Assembly (NCBI GenBank): GCA_001179505.1
Contig: CDMY01000358.1
Coordinates: forward strand, 39,162 to 103,161
Length of the DNA stretch: 64,000 bases
Direction of reading: 5' to 3'
Origin: Vitrella brassicaformis CCMP3155
Taxonomy: Eukaryota; Protista; Chromerida
Shown: positions 24,666-38,100 of the stretch, one piece after another
Numbering within the stretch: the first letter of the stretch is position 1
How the letters are laid out: each line of letters opens with the position of its first letter
Position numbers and translations under genes: made by a program
The notes under the pieces: generated by a model
Databases searched by the model: none
Seen by the model: only the letters and a program-made list of their open reading frames with translations
What the model was told of the DNA's origin: nothing

Positions 24666-27600
24666 TCAACAGACGTGAATGGAAAGTGGGACTGTTTGGT
24701 CCAATCCGACATATGTATCAGACAAAACATAGATGGTCAGCTGGAATTGCGTTTGGCTTGCGCCTTCATCCGCTTCGGGTGCTGAAAACTTGAACACCGC
24801 AGAAGATGTCTTGCCTCGCAGACTCACCCGCTTGAGACCAATCAGCTCATCGACCTGCCACGGCAGGCAATACATATGCGAGACGAGACACGCACAAATT
24901 CCTGTCACCTACCTCCTCATCGCCGAGCAGGACCATCCAACTGTGCGTTTTCGATTGCTTGCTCAATGCAGTGAGAGCCATCTTCGTCGGTCGGTTTGCG
25001 TATTCGAGCCGGACTTTGATTTCGAGCGACGAATCTGGAGAGACGTGGTACGGAGGCCTCGAGAGCTGGCCCTCGCAAAACAACTCAACGTGAACTCGAA
25101 GCCGCGGTAGCTGCCCTATGCCCTGAAAAGACTCAACAGTGTGCCGTGCCACCAAAGAGGACATGCACTTTGAGTGAGTGACCTTGCAAGCATCTGTGAC
25201 TTGCTCCGAAGTTAGCCCCGGACGTAATGTCTGGAGTGCTTCACGTTGCTGTTTTTGCTCCATCTCAACCATCTATATAGATGACAAAAACAGAGGGGCA
25301 GTGAATTAGTTGTTAACCGTGTCAATTTGCTCGCCTTGGCAAGACTGATTCCTCCTGCGTCGAGCTGCCGGATGTGCTCCTGTCGCAGGTGGGGAAATGT
25401 ATAAAGAGAGGACCGCGCCGGAGTGGTTGCTTGCATGAGGCATTGAAGGGCCAGAATGATGTTGAGGGAAGAGGTCAGATGGCCTTCTTCAGCAGCGACG
25501 TCCGACATTCCCTGCATAATCCTGAGAGATTGGTCAAGAAGGTCCGCTAGATCCGTGTTGTAATCGGAAATCGGAAGCAACTCGCAGAAGTTAAAGACAT
25601 GCGCCTGAACGAGAAGGAAAGCCTTCAGGTGAGGCGAGTCAGCTGCAGATAGGTCGGCGTCAAGAGGACATAGCTCAGCGAGGTCAAAGTTCAGCTTGTC
25701 CTCGTTGTGACGCACAGGAAGCTCGGAGTACTCGGCACAGTCGCAAAGGAGCTTCAGAACGTCAGCCCAGCCAAGTCTCTCCTTTCTCCTCATGCTTCGC
25801 TGAAAGAGGGACACGGTCTCATGCTTCAGATAATGAAGCGAAGCAGTTCGGCCGAGTCGTGTCGCCTCAATCCTCAACTCCGTCCCGTCCTCGGCAAAAC
25901 TGACGCAGCCGGCATTCGTCAAGTTGGAAAGACACCCTTCGACGATGCGCTCAAGGTAGTCAAAGACATGCTGGCGCAGTGCCCTGCAAAACACGTGTGC
26001 TCACGTCATGACATGAGTCAGCCCTACCTACAAAACATTGAATACCTGGGGTCATTGCGATGCTTCTCCATTTCAATCGAAGCTTGCGGATCGTAGTACG
26101 CGCTGAAGAAAAGAAGAGACACGAGTTTGACACTTCCCTCAAACACAAAAAGTGTTTTCCTTGCCTGTTTGCCCATAGACGCCTGAAGAAGTACGTCCAT
26201 CTCAGGTACTCCAGCGCTGAGGCCTTCGACGTCACCGTCCCGGCCGCAATCTCAGCATTCAGGTGATCTACAGTGGAAAATGTGAAGGATGCGGATGAAT
26301 CGCGTATTGAGTCTCTTCTATTACCGGTAAGATGATCTGCAAGAGAGGACTCGACCGGAAAGGGTTCATGCAGAAACTTCCTGCAGAATCGACAAGGAAA
26401 CAAGTTCACAGCGCTTTCCAGTCACTTCCGAACAAATTTCACTTGTAGAAACTTTTCTTTGGTTGGTGGACGAATATGCACGCTTGGCCGCTTGTGTCGA
26501 ACTAAAAGACCGAAAAAACATATCGCTGCCGGTGCAGAAGCGCATGCAATAACCCAATCCCTGTGTACCTGAGGTCTTCCGGCGCGTCCGATCATTTGCA
26601 GGATATCGGTGATTGGCATGTCGACGTAGCGTTTGAGTTTTCCATCGTAGTACTCGGTGCCCTTAATGATGACCTGCGATACATTAGTACAGTAGATGAG
26701 TTGCGAAATGGCATGCGCTGACCAGGTGAGCAGGGAAGTTCACGCCTACAAAGACAGCAAAGCCGTATTTTAGTAATCGTGCGAACCTTCTCTGGTATTG
26801 GCCTACCCCATGCCAATGTCGCGGTTGTCACAAGAATCTGGATCTTCTTGTCGGTGAACAGCTCTTCAACAACCTTCCTATCTTTCTCACTTAACCCTGC
26901 GTGGTGTATTCCTGTGTGAGACGAGAGAAGCGCTTAGCTTTCGACCACGATAGTTTGATCATTCCTACCTATGCCATGCTCCAATGCCTTCTGCAAGCTC
27001 TCGTCACGTACCTGGAAATCACGAGGGAAAACAAATTTCATTGCCGTAACCGTTCTTTTCCCTACTCTCGCCCGGTGATAGTTGTATTCTTCGTCACTCA
27101 TCCACCGGAAGCGGAAGAAGTTCCTCTCGTCGTCAGACCCACACAATCCAACCAAATCCAATGCTGTTATCCGAGTCTGCCGACGTGACGAGACAAAGAT
27201 CAGCACCTGACCAACAAAAGCGGAACATGACGGTGACGAAATGATAACAGTGATAACGGGGACAACTGGTGCAACATTACTGGTCGGTCAGGGCTGAGTT
27301 CTTTGATTCGTTGGTAGCATGGCTTGTTCATTGTTGCCTGAAAGCAAAGGCAGATTGAATAAGTCGCAGTAATTAGATCATTCGCAACCATTCGTGGACA
27401 GTAGTGTTTCTCGCTGAAACCGTCGATGTGGGTAATCTGAGGAACAAACGTTGGCAGAGGATTGCCTGCTGGGTGTTGCCTTTGGAGCTGTGTGTGGAGC
27501 TGTACACAGGGAACCGGCCGAACTTCGGATGGAAAATTGAACAATCCAACCGTGCCAATTCCCAGCCTTTCCAACCAATAGGGTGAATTTCACGGAAAAC

Positions 27601-28360
27601 ATCAAGGAAAAGTATGTGGTCATCCACCTACCAGTCTGCAATGTCTTCGGCATTTGCAAGAGCGGTGGACAGGCCCACGAAACGAATTGCGTTGTCAGTT
27701 TGAGTTGATATATATCGCATTCGCGAAACAATGACCTGTCAAAAAAAGCCGAAAAGCAAAAGCGAACGCCGTCCGTTTTGGCCAGTCTACCTCGAGAACG
27801 GGTCCTCGGTCTTGCATGAAAAAGAAAAGACGCAGAAGCGGCGATGAAAGGCACCAGTAGGCATCCATACGCATGGCTTCTTAGCCCGTCAAAAAGTTGT
27901 TTGCCCACCTTGACCAAGAAGATGGATTTCATCGATGACGACCAAGCTAACCCTGAAACGACGAAGAACGAAATGTGCGGTTTTCGAATGCTCTAGTTCT
28001 GAGCAACCTCTGAACGTAGTCGCGATGTTGCCATTGTCTGCTGATGCCGTCCCACTTCTAAAGCCGAAGAAGAAACCTTGCGGAAGGGAAAACGGTTGCG
28101 ATGTTGTATGTTTACTTCTGGTGTCGTGACCACGACGTCGGCCTTGTCGAGTATACTTATGTCCGGAGTAAAATCACCGGTCAACTCGTGGACCTTTTTA
28201 CCGAGTTGACGATCGATTCGTTCGCTCCTGATAGAAAAAGCAGAATGTTCACATGTTGGTCAATCTTTCAGTCAGCAGACCAGTCCTTCATGCGCTCTCG
28301 TGCAAGAGCCTTTAACGGCGAAACGTAAACGACCTGCGGGAAAGAACAAGATAGGGAGAA

Positions 28361-28401
<41 letters not shown>

Positions 28402-31400
28402 GAGAAAGAAAAGAAAAGAAAGAAAGAAGAAGACGATACTGTGGAAGCTGCAATAAAGCACTGACCAGGGCCTTTGGATTGCGCGAAAACACGCGAAACA
28501 TTGCGAGCTCTGCCACGATGGTTTTGCCGCTGCCGGTCGGCGCGCCCAGGAGGATATTGTTATCACTGACGGGATGAATACATCAATGAGGAAGTACATC
28601 GCTGCTCCCGGTTCTTTGCTCACGTATGATACACTGCGTGGAAGACCTGTGACTGGATCGGGTTAAACGTCGGAAATCGGAAAAGGCTCTCGTATGCAGA
28701 GTGGTTGAGCGCCGTCACCGGCAATGGAGTTAAGGGCAACAAAGTCGTCTTGTGACCGATGCGCGATGTATTCGACCGTGGCAGTGTAAAGGTCTTCTCA
28801 AACGATAGGCCCACCCATCTGAAGGTAAGGCACAACAGACAATGAGTCAACAAAAAGAAGACCGCATTTCCTTTTGACCTGTCCGAGACGACTTTGAGTG
28901 TGTACTGGAGGGCTTTGTTGTCGGGAACAGGCACTGCAAAACTCAGGCTTTGTTGTTCACTCCTTCCAATCAAAAAAGAGCACAATCAATCAAAAAAGAG
29001 CACGTCAAGAAGACACCTTTTTCTCTTACCTATCCTTCTTCAGCAGAGTGAAATCCTCTGAATGCAACCTCTGCGTGCAGCCACCCTCTGCGTCCCAATA
29101 CTCAACCCAGACTTTAAAAGGCTCGGCGACGCCACTCCAAGTATCGGTCCACTTGAAGTCTGCCGTAATCGTGGCAGTGATGCGCACGATGGTCATCGCG
29201 ATTGGTTGCAACTTGACGTCAATGTTCAGACTGGGAATCCTGCAGGACAAGACCAACTGCAATTCGTGTCAGAAACCAACACGGCTGCTGTACCTCCGGG
29301 CATAGTCAAAGACGACTTTCCCAGCTGCAGGAAGAGACAGAACGTTGCCCAGCTCTCCAGCAGTCATGTCATGGATTCTGCGCAGACAGAGCCGCTTCTC
29401 TTACAAGAGCAATCTGTGCCGTTGGTTTCAAACTGACCGGTCAAGGTCTAGTCGCCGGTGCTCAATCTTATGGACGAGCTCGTGCTTTAGCAGACCACGC
29501 ACATCTTGGAAGGCAGCCATGCGTGAGTGGTGAGGGTCGATTGTCGACGGCGAGCAGAAATGGTGCAAGATGTGTCTCTCGACCGAAAGGCGCCTTACGG
29601 GGAAAGGAACAGAATTCACGTTGAGATGATTGACAGGCTCCCTGGTTCACCTGTCAATCATCTTGCACCATTCCAGGAGCCTCGGGGCAACATCAAAGTT
29701 CTGGACATTCTCTGTCAGGGTGATCTCGAACATAGCTCTCATCACTCTGCTTGCACTCTGAGGACCGACATTAGCAAAGAGTAGCAATGCAAAGACAAAG
29801 ACAGTAACCGCTGATGTCCTTGATCTTTTCCTTCTACGAGAACCTGCTGAACAAAATTCAAGTCTGAAACGAGACTAGAGGAGGAAACTGCTATCCTGCA
29901 CGATAATTCGAATGTCATCGGTTTGCGGCTCCGGAGCTTCGTGTTCTACCTGTTGATATAAGCTTGAAGGAGGAGACCAACTTTCCCGTGGGTGTGTTCA
30001 GGGCCACCACGCACTCTTACAGGGCAGCTTTCTGCGATGTCGCCAAGCTCTTGTTGCTCCTCCTCCCTGACCTGCATTGTTTGTTTCGAGATTCTCATTC
30101 AGTTTCCAAACACCTGTACCTTGAGCTGAGCGAACTCTTCAGCCGTGCCAAATAACTCTAGCAGCTCGGCGTCTGTCATCTCCTTACGTGCCGCCAGCAA
30201 TTCCACAAACTTTCCCCTTGAGACGGTCAGACAAGACGGGCAGACAAGACGGGCAGACAAAACAAACACACCATTGTAGGTTGAGAAGGACGGCACGACG
30301 TTGTCGCGACTCACGAACTCACGTCGTTTCGTAATCGATGTAGTATCGCGCGGCAATTCTTCCGATGGCTGTGGGCGCCAGCTGTTGATTGGAGAGCCGC
30401 AGTAACTTGTTCGCGTCCAGCTTCTTGACAGCCTGGGATGCAAGTAGAAGTGAAGAGCGTTTTTCGGCTGCAGGCTTCTTACCGATGTCACAATGTCCCG
30501 TCGCTTTGCAATGAGATGAGGATCGTGAAGAAGCTCCTCTGGTTTGATGCCATACACGTGCGGGCTTCTGGACAAAATGGAAACGGGCGATGATGAAATA
30601 ATGTATTTACGCCACAGTGACATCTACGGCACCTGGCCATTCTGACGAAGAGGTACGTATACCCCAAATAGTCAATGGCATCGTTGATGTCTGCGATGTT
30701 GTTCATTGCGATTTCGGCGTTGAGGGCGTTGCACATGTTGTCAAGCATCTTGCTCTCGATGGGAATCTACAGATACTGGATGAGAGGCTGAAGTCAACGC
30801 CATCCGACTCACTTGGTTGTTTATCTTCATGAGATAGCTGTCCAACTTGTCGTGAGATGTAATGAGGACGGCATGGCCGAGGTCGTCGAACTGCGGGCGG
30901 CCAGCCCTCCCGAAAACTGAGCCAGTCGACGATCAAGACACTGTACAAATGTAAATGTAGACTGTATATACCTTGAAGAATGTCCAGAACATCTGCATCA
31001 AAACCCAACATTAAGCCACTTCAATGACTTCTCTCCTTTTTTGACCTATGTCTCGGAAGCCTCCGTGCTTGGAGTCGAAAATAGAAGAACCACGAATGAC
31101 GACGGTCCGCGCCGGCAGGTTAACTTTTGAGGAAACAAAAAACATGCGAACAAAAAGGCCTGCGCGTCGGTCGTGAAAGCTTGTGCGTACCTCCCCACTT
31201 CAAGCAAAAAGTGAGAAAAGTGATACAGAAGAAAAACAAACTCTGTTTCACTGTTCTTACCGCCAGGGTCGCCGTGCAGCACAGGACCTTGATACAGCCC
31301 GTCATAAAGAGCCTGACGGGGACCAACGTTTCTGCCTCCTGTGTCTAGCCGACCCTATCCTTGCACCTTTCGACGTTTGAGCGATCACTCCTCAACATGC

Positions 31401-34400
31401 CTGCGTGATGCATTGCGAAACCGCTCGGGACTAGCTCTAAAACCTGAGGAGAGCGGATGCGACGAACGATGTCAGCCCGATTCTAAACAAAAGCATGTGA
31501 ATGGTAGCAAGAATGTTAAATGTGACATTGGTCTAGTGCACACATGCCTCGTGGTCAAGGAATCGTTCGAGGTCGCCTTTTGCCGACGCAATCTCCATTA
31601 ACGCTTTCGCTGCTGTGTATGTGTCTCCTCGCGAGTGGACAAAGACCATTGCCTGATGTCCGCTGGAAATCGCAGCCTGTACGGCGACACAAAGGATCAA
31701 AATGAAAGATTGGACGGTGCTCAACGACCTTGATCTTCTCATAGCAGAGCTCGTTCATCCGGTGAAGACGCTGCAGAAGCACAGAGCAAGAAAATGTCAA
31801 CAAAGGGATCCAGATAAACGAAAGGGATGCAGACGAACGCACCCTTTGTGGATCCTTTTCAGCAACGCTGCAGACAGCACAGAGCAAGAAAATGTCAACA
31901 AAGGGATCCAGACGAACGAAAGGGATGCAGACGAACGCACCCGATGAATGTCTGCTGCAATGGAATGGGTCTGATCAACGGACACGACAAAAGCACAGAA
32001 CGAATCAGCTCCTTTGGGTCGATCTATCTATCCTTCTTCATCGATCCTTTAACCTGTAGGACGAGTCGAAATGGAATGCATGATCGGCCGGAACGTGGAA
32101 GAACTGAGCAACGTCGGTCCTGGATCCTCAAGGCACACAGGCTTGTCGTGTCGTACCCATCCATTCGTCGGAATCGGCCCCTACCAGTTAGGAAGTGTTG
32201 CCGATATGGCGACGAGCCGAATGAAAGCGCCCGAGGTCTCCATGTATCTCTTTGCTCGAGCGACGATGGACTCGATGACCGGCCCACGGTCGTCATTCAG
32301 CAGATGCACCTCGTCAATGATGATCAAAGCAACCTGCAGATGTCTCCCAGGTACTGATTGCGGAGAGTGATCCGTGTAACATCATGTGTCGACCTTACCT
32401 TGCTCATCAAGCTCGAATCCTCCCGACCAGCCCCTGTGGCCGTGTTCCGAGTAAGTATATCCTGTGTGCACACACACGCCATCCACTCGGAGGGCTTCCA
32501 TGAAAGGGTGATGCTTACAAACTTCTCCGGGACTGTCACGATGAGATGGACTCGTTCCAGCTCCTGGCGAGTGAGTTGCATGTCTCCAGTCATCTCTTTG
32601 ACCTCGATGCCTGATACAGCCACGGAGACACACCACGTGTACCCGAGACACCAGATGGGCCCCGATGCTGATATGGTGAACTGCCTTCCAACCAAGCGGT
32701 GCAAGGCGGGATGAGAACTTCTCGACCACCTCGGCAACCAGGGCCTTCATGGGAGCAATGTAGACCATCTTGAACTCCTTGGGTGATAGGACAGCACCGA
32801 ATGCATCCCTGTTCGCCTCAATCGCTTGAAGGATTGTCAGCATCGCTACATTGGTCTTGCCAGCCCCAGTAGGCGCGGAAACCAAGAGGTTCGAGGTGCT
32901 CCCGAATGCCTTGTTGAACACGATCGACTGCACGGTGTTGAGGTGTGTTGTCCCCTCAAAGGCCATTTGGGCCCACTCAGGCAAACTCCCGACAGGCACA
33001 AGCTTGCCTCTCGGTGCCTGGTACAGAGGCGCGCAGATGTACGAGGGTGGAGGGCGATTAACAGTGACCTGCCTTCACCTCAGATTTTCTCGGAGCAGGA
33101 ACGTCTATTTCTTCGTACTTAAACCTTTTCGGAGACATCGCACATTCACCAGGGGGTGTATCACGCGTGCGAGGACGTATACTGAAGAGACACGACTTCA
33201 TACCCTTGTGTCCGTTTTGTTCCTTCTGGCAAGACCATCCTCAGTCCCGCTCCCCGTCCAGCATCTGAGCCACAGTGATGACAGGCGTCGACAGCAACAG
33301 GAGGGATCGTTACAAGCGCTTCGGATGGCTTCTCACCCCTGGCTGAGGCAGGCGGGCCGACGGCCTTTAGAGTTTGCGACAGCATCTTGAGTCCACCTCT
33401 CGCACTGCCCAGAGTCTGTTCAGCGAGGTACTGTTGATCGAAGCCTGAAACCCACCGCAAGCCGGGTGTTGTCGTTTGTGGTTGATGACGGCTGACCTGT
33501 GGCTTCGAGGATCTCTAGCGAGGACAGATGCGGTCTCGTCCCTGACGCAAGTAGCAAGTATGGAGCCGTCGTTGTGGTCCTTTAGGTCAGGTCAGCTCAC
33601 CCCTTCCTTTCCTTTCTTGCTTCATCCTTCGCAAGTCGGACTCCGAACGGATTGAGAACTGCAGAGCAGGCCCACAGGGAGGCAGGCAGTTGGTGCTGGG
33701 GTGGAGAGTGCGATGAGAGCTCTCAGCACGTATTCAGCGCTCACCTGTGGCGTTTGTGTGATGGGCTTCCGGTTTGTCTTTCTGTCTTGCGGCAGCCTGC
33801 TGATCGCCTGTTCCCGGAGTGCGTCAACCATGACCAGCATCACGGGCCGCTTCTGCAAAATGTCAGCCGCTGTCTCTATGCCCTCGATACCCAGAAGGTC
33901 CAACATGGTGCCCTACAGATGGCGTCAGACAGCGAGGAAGGGATGCATTCCCCATGGCGCGCATTGGGCTACCTGCAATGCTTCATCGGCCATGTCACTG
34001 CAGAGAACCTCGATGATCCTTGACACTAAATCTGACAGAATGCATGCAGAATTGGTACACAGCAGGGACCAGCCAAATGGGTCAGTCTGTCTTCGGCGGT
34101 AGCCTCCGCGGGTGAGTCATTCACCGACCTTTGACTTGTGCCAGAGCGGGCTCGTTGCCAGCTCCGCGCTGCTTCAGATGGTGAGTGACAGTCTGGCGTA
34201 GCCAACGCATCTGACCGGCGGTGGATTCCATATCAGCCGCGTCGCTGGGCACAGGGCTGGCCTCGGCAGGACATCTCAACAGAGCCTCATAGCCAGCAAC
34301 ACCTGCAGCCAGCAAACGGACAGGAGTATCTGCAGAACAGCCAACTACAGCTATCTCCGCGTGGTGCCTCGTTCCCTGTTTGTTTCCCCTCCCCCGCCCT

Positions 34401-34752
34401 CTATCCAGCTCAGCTCACCACTCTGCGCTGGGACCCTCTCTGGCAGGTCTCCCTCGTCGCGGTCACGGCGACGCCCGTCGGCCCAAACACTCGCCAGGCC
34501 CGACACCAGCCGATCTGCCAATGGATCAGCTAGTTGACCGTCATCACGGGTCGCCACTTGTTCCTTGACCAGCATGCGCTCCAGCACGGCCCTCTTGGAT
34601 GGGTCGTCGGGCTGGCCCACCCTCCCGTCAATACCGTTACTGACGCCATTCTGTACCGCAGTGCCTCTTCTCCGCACGAGCAGCTCATCAGCGTCATAAG
34701 CCCGCATAGTCAGCCTCGGCGCCTGCCTCGTGTGCAGGCACAGGTGCTCCAT
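24666..34752 (-). CDS. ASCC3: Ski2-like double-cassette helicase ASCC3/Slh1 (two DEAD/DEAH + HelicC + Sec63 cassettes)
   Basis: Cassette 1: [57 protein letters not shown]. Cassette 2: [54 protein letters not shown] (closer to ASCC3 YCPRMASMNKP than to Brr2), [10 protein letters not shown], Sec63 [17 protein letters not shown]. The 5' end is uncertain because an acceptor lies just upstream of the ATG at 34752. Confidence 0.9.
31771..31940 (-). repeat. Two near-identical spliceosomal introns (31771-31842, 72 nt; 31868-31940, 73 nt) flanking a 25-nt exon of ASCC3
   Basis: Sense sequences gtgcgttcgtctgcatccctttcgtt(cg/ta)tctggatccctttgttgacattttcttgctctgtgct(g/-)tctgcag differ by 2 substitutions and 1 indel. 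Confidence 0.92.
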
Positions 34753-35102
34753 CAGACAAGCATGACAGCCGTCAGCTGAGTGTCAAGCCAAACTAGAGAA
34801 AGGCACAGACAACAGACAACGTCCAGTGGTGGATCTATCTGTGTCTGTGCCTACCGTCCCTTACTCCTACAGATCCAGCGTCGCACACCCTGTTGTGTCC
34901 GCAAATCACTCGCGTGTTTGTTCCCACTAGCTCGCACTGGGCTCCTCCCCCCCAAACACATGGGTGCTTACAGGTCCAGTGTTGGCTGCTCTCTACCCGG
35001 GGACAGCGGCCTCCATCCGCTGGAACAAGATCTATTCGATCCCCTTCCAGATCTGCGAGCTTAGCCAGGTGGAGAAAGTGGACATTTTTCCTGACCAGGG
35101 CG

Positions 35103-38100
35103 ATGCATCCTCTGCCCGGTGGGTGCGCTGAGATAGCTACACGAGATGATCATAATCACGTGTAGTATAGTGTTTGTTGTTGTGTGTCAGGCCCGCATCC
35201 CTACACCCTGACACCCACCCAGATGGCCCCTTCCCCTCCCGCCGGCGGCCCCTGGACGCACCAGCCCCCCCCTGCGCCAAGATCCTCCCGCGCAGCAAGG
35301 CACGAGCCATCCCAGCCCTCGCCTACAGCAAGGCAAGGGGCGGACAGGCAAGCAGGCATCACTCGGGCGCCCACCACACTCACCAGACACCAGTCTAGCA
35401 GAATTGGTAGGTAAGATGGATGAATGAATGGAACCGGGAATGCCATCCAACAACACCACACACTGGGGAGGTTGTCCATGTAATTGTCACATGGTCCGAA
35501 CTTGTTCTTTGCTTGTGCTCTCGCGACAGATCCCGAGCAGATTCCCAGGCCCACAGGTCCAAGTGACTTACCCGTGGAGGGAGGCAAAAGGTACGGAGTA
35601 TGGACTCGGGCGCCACAGCCTACAGACATCAGTACTTGCGAATCGGAGCTCACCTCACCGATGGCCGTTCCCATCGAGATACAAACATGTAACTGTCTGT
35701 CTGTCTACATCCGTCTGCGTGTAGGTACGAGACGGACAAGTACACCTTACCTCCTCCCGCCACGAGCAGCTACACAGTCATTGACAGGGGTAGGGTAGGG
35801 CGTCGCTCACAGCCACACATGACTCAGGGAGGGAGGCGGGTAGCCACACAGACAGACAGACAGCAATCGGCCGACCGGTGGATTGCCATTCATTCCTTGC
35901 TTTGCTACTGCCTTCCTTTGTTCTCTCTCAGGGTCGGCATCCTGTCGTTTCATACGGCTGACCACCAACCAGGCAGGTGTCCGCACAGCACAGTCTGGAG
36001 CAACATCGCTGCTTGCGTGTCAACCTGCCCGTCTTGTCGTCCTGTCGTTGATACATTTGTGCAGATCCCGGCACTTTCCCAGACGGCTGCAACATCGCAC
36101 ATACCCATAGGTGGGCGACCGAGGCAGTCAGTCAGTCCCTGCGTATGATAGATACATACATCACAGGCAGACAGGCAGGCAGGCAGGCAGGCAAGACAGG
36201 CAGACAGGCAGATGGACGACTGCGCACCGGTCTTCGGGTGTGCGTCTACTGTCCTGGGTGGCACGCTGTCTGTTGGGGTGTGTTTGTTTTTCAGGGTGTG
36301 TGGTTCAGCCGTTTGCCGAGCTGGCCCCGACAGAAGAGCAGATACCAGTGGTCAGGCACCAACAACGGACAGGCAGGGCCCTGCTTGCAGGGCAGCCAAC
36401 GACGAAGGAATGAACGGATGGCGTTTCTTGTATGTATGCGTGGCATGTGTGTCTTGTGTCTGGATGGGATGGTACCCATATATCTATCTGTGGATGAATG
36501 GATGTGATGTATCCTCAAAGGTAGACTTCAGTGCATCATCATCCGAAGGTCTGGGCAACAACACAACCACGAGCAGCGGTGCACCAGGTCCCGTGAGGTG
36601 TCCCCGGTGTCGGGCGTACGTCAACCCCTTCATGGCCAGCTCGGCAGGTGGCAGGGAGTGCAGCTGCAACCTCTGCGGACATGTCTTCCAGGTACCTCAA
36701 CTAGAAAGCCAGACCGAGACGTGCGCAGGCATCTATCTAATGTTTCCGTCCGTCCGTCCGTCTCTCTGTTTGTGTGTACTCTGCTTGTCGACCACCCGAC
36801 AGTTGCCACAGTGGTATTCCTGCGTGCTCGACGAGTTTGGGAGGCGACGGGACATCATGGAAAGACCCGAACTGCTCAAGGTATACATACACAAACCCTA
36901 TGGGCATGGACGTACGCACGTTGATGTGTCTGTGTGTCTGTCGGTACGCCCATCTGCCTGGGTGTGGTGTGGTGTGGGTGTCGCACTCACAGGGTACCGT
37001 TGATTTTGTGGCCCCAGCTGAGTACTCGGATGGCATCCCCCAGCCCCCTGCATTCTGCTTCGTCATTGAAACCACATTCATGTCAGCTGTCACAGGCAAG
37101 TCACACACATGACCTCATCAATCAATCAATCAAAGCAGCACACGGCAGGTGAGGTGCCTGCCACAGATATTCTAACCGTGTCGGTTTCCATGCAGGTTTC
37201 CTTCACCAGGCCATCGAGAGCGTCAAATGTGCCCTTGAGCACATGCCCGCCGTCACATCAGAGGTAAGGTCGCAGACGTAGACAGACAGATGCACACACA
37301 CGTACGTACGTACATGTCCTGCTGCCTGCCTGCCTGCCTGCCTTGTTCCTCATTGGTCCATCCATTCGTCCATTCACCGATATCCCTCCCTTCCGTGTCT
37401 GTGTGTATGGCGTTGGTTGATTTGCTGGTTGGTTGGTTGTTTCAGGTGGCGGTAGTGACGTTCGACCACTGCCTGACGTTTTATCCACTGGACCGTCTGT
37501 TCACGGCCAAGAATCAGATGATGTGCGTGGGGGACGTCGAAGATGACCCATTCTTCCCCGCACCCACAGATGTGCTATGCGTCAACGTGCAGGAGAACCA
37601 TGACAAGGTGGGTGATTCACAAATGAATGAAGGACCCATCGGGCCGTCCAGCCAGCCACCCAGCCAGCCAGCCAGCCATCGATCCATTCCTCCCTCCCAC
37701 CTGGTGTGGTGTGGTGTACGACGGACGGCACCCTTGCTTTTGTTGTTGTGGTGGCATGCATCCCATCCACCAGATTGTGGAGGTGTTGGATTCCGTGTTG
37801 GAGCGCGCTCAGGATTCCAAAGCCTCTCACTCAGCGGGCAACGCTGCACTCAAGGTGGGTGGCTGGGTGGTCGGGGGGATGCAATGCAATCGATGCGATG
37901 CGATGCGCATCGATGGAACTATGTTACTTGTATGTATATATATACGTGTGTGTGATTGATTTTTGTGGCTGGTGTCGTGTCTCCCTCCCTCCCTCCCTCT
38001 CTCCGTCTGTCGATCCTATCGATCCAAGGCCGCAGTGGATCTGCTGGCAGCGCGAGGCGGGGGGGTGGTGATGCAGTACTATTGCTCCGTCCCAGACGTC

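Noticed and set aside
24666-34752. Calling the helicase Brr2/SNRNP200
   Set aside because: The second cassette has intact Walker A/B motifs and HYCPRMATMNKP, which matches ASCC3/Slh1 better.
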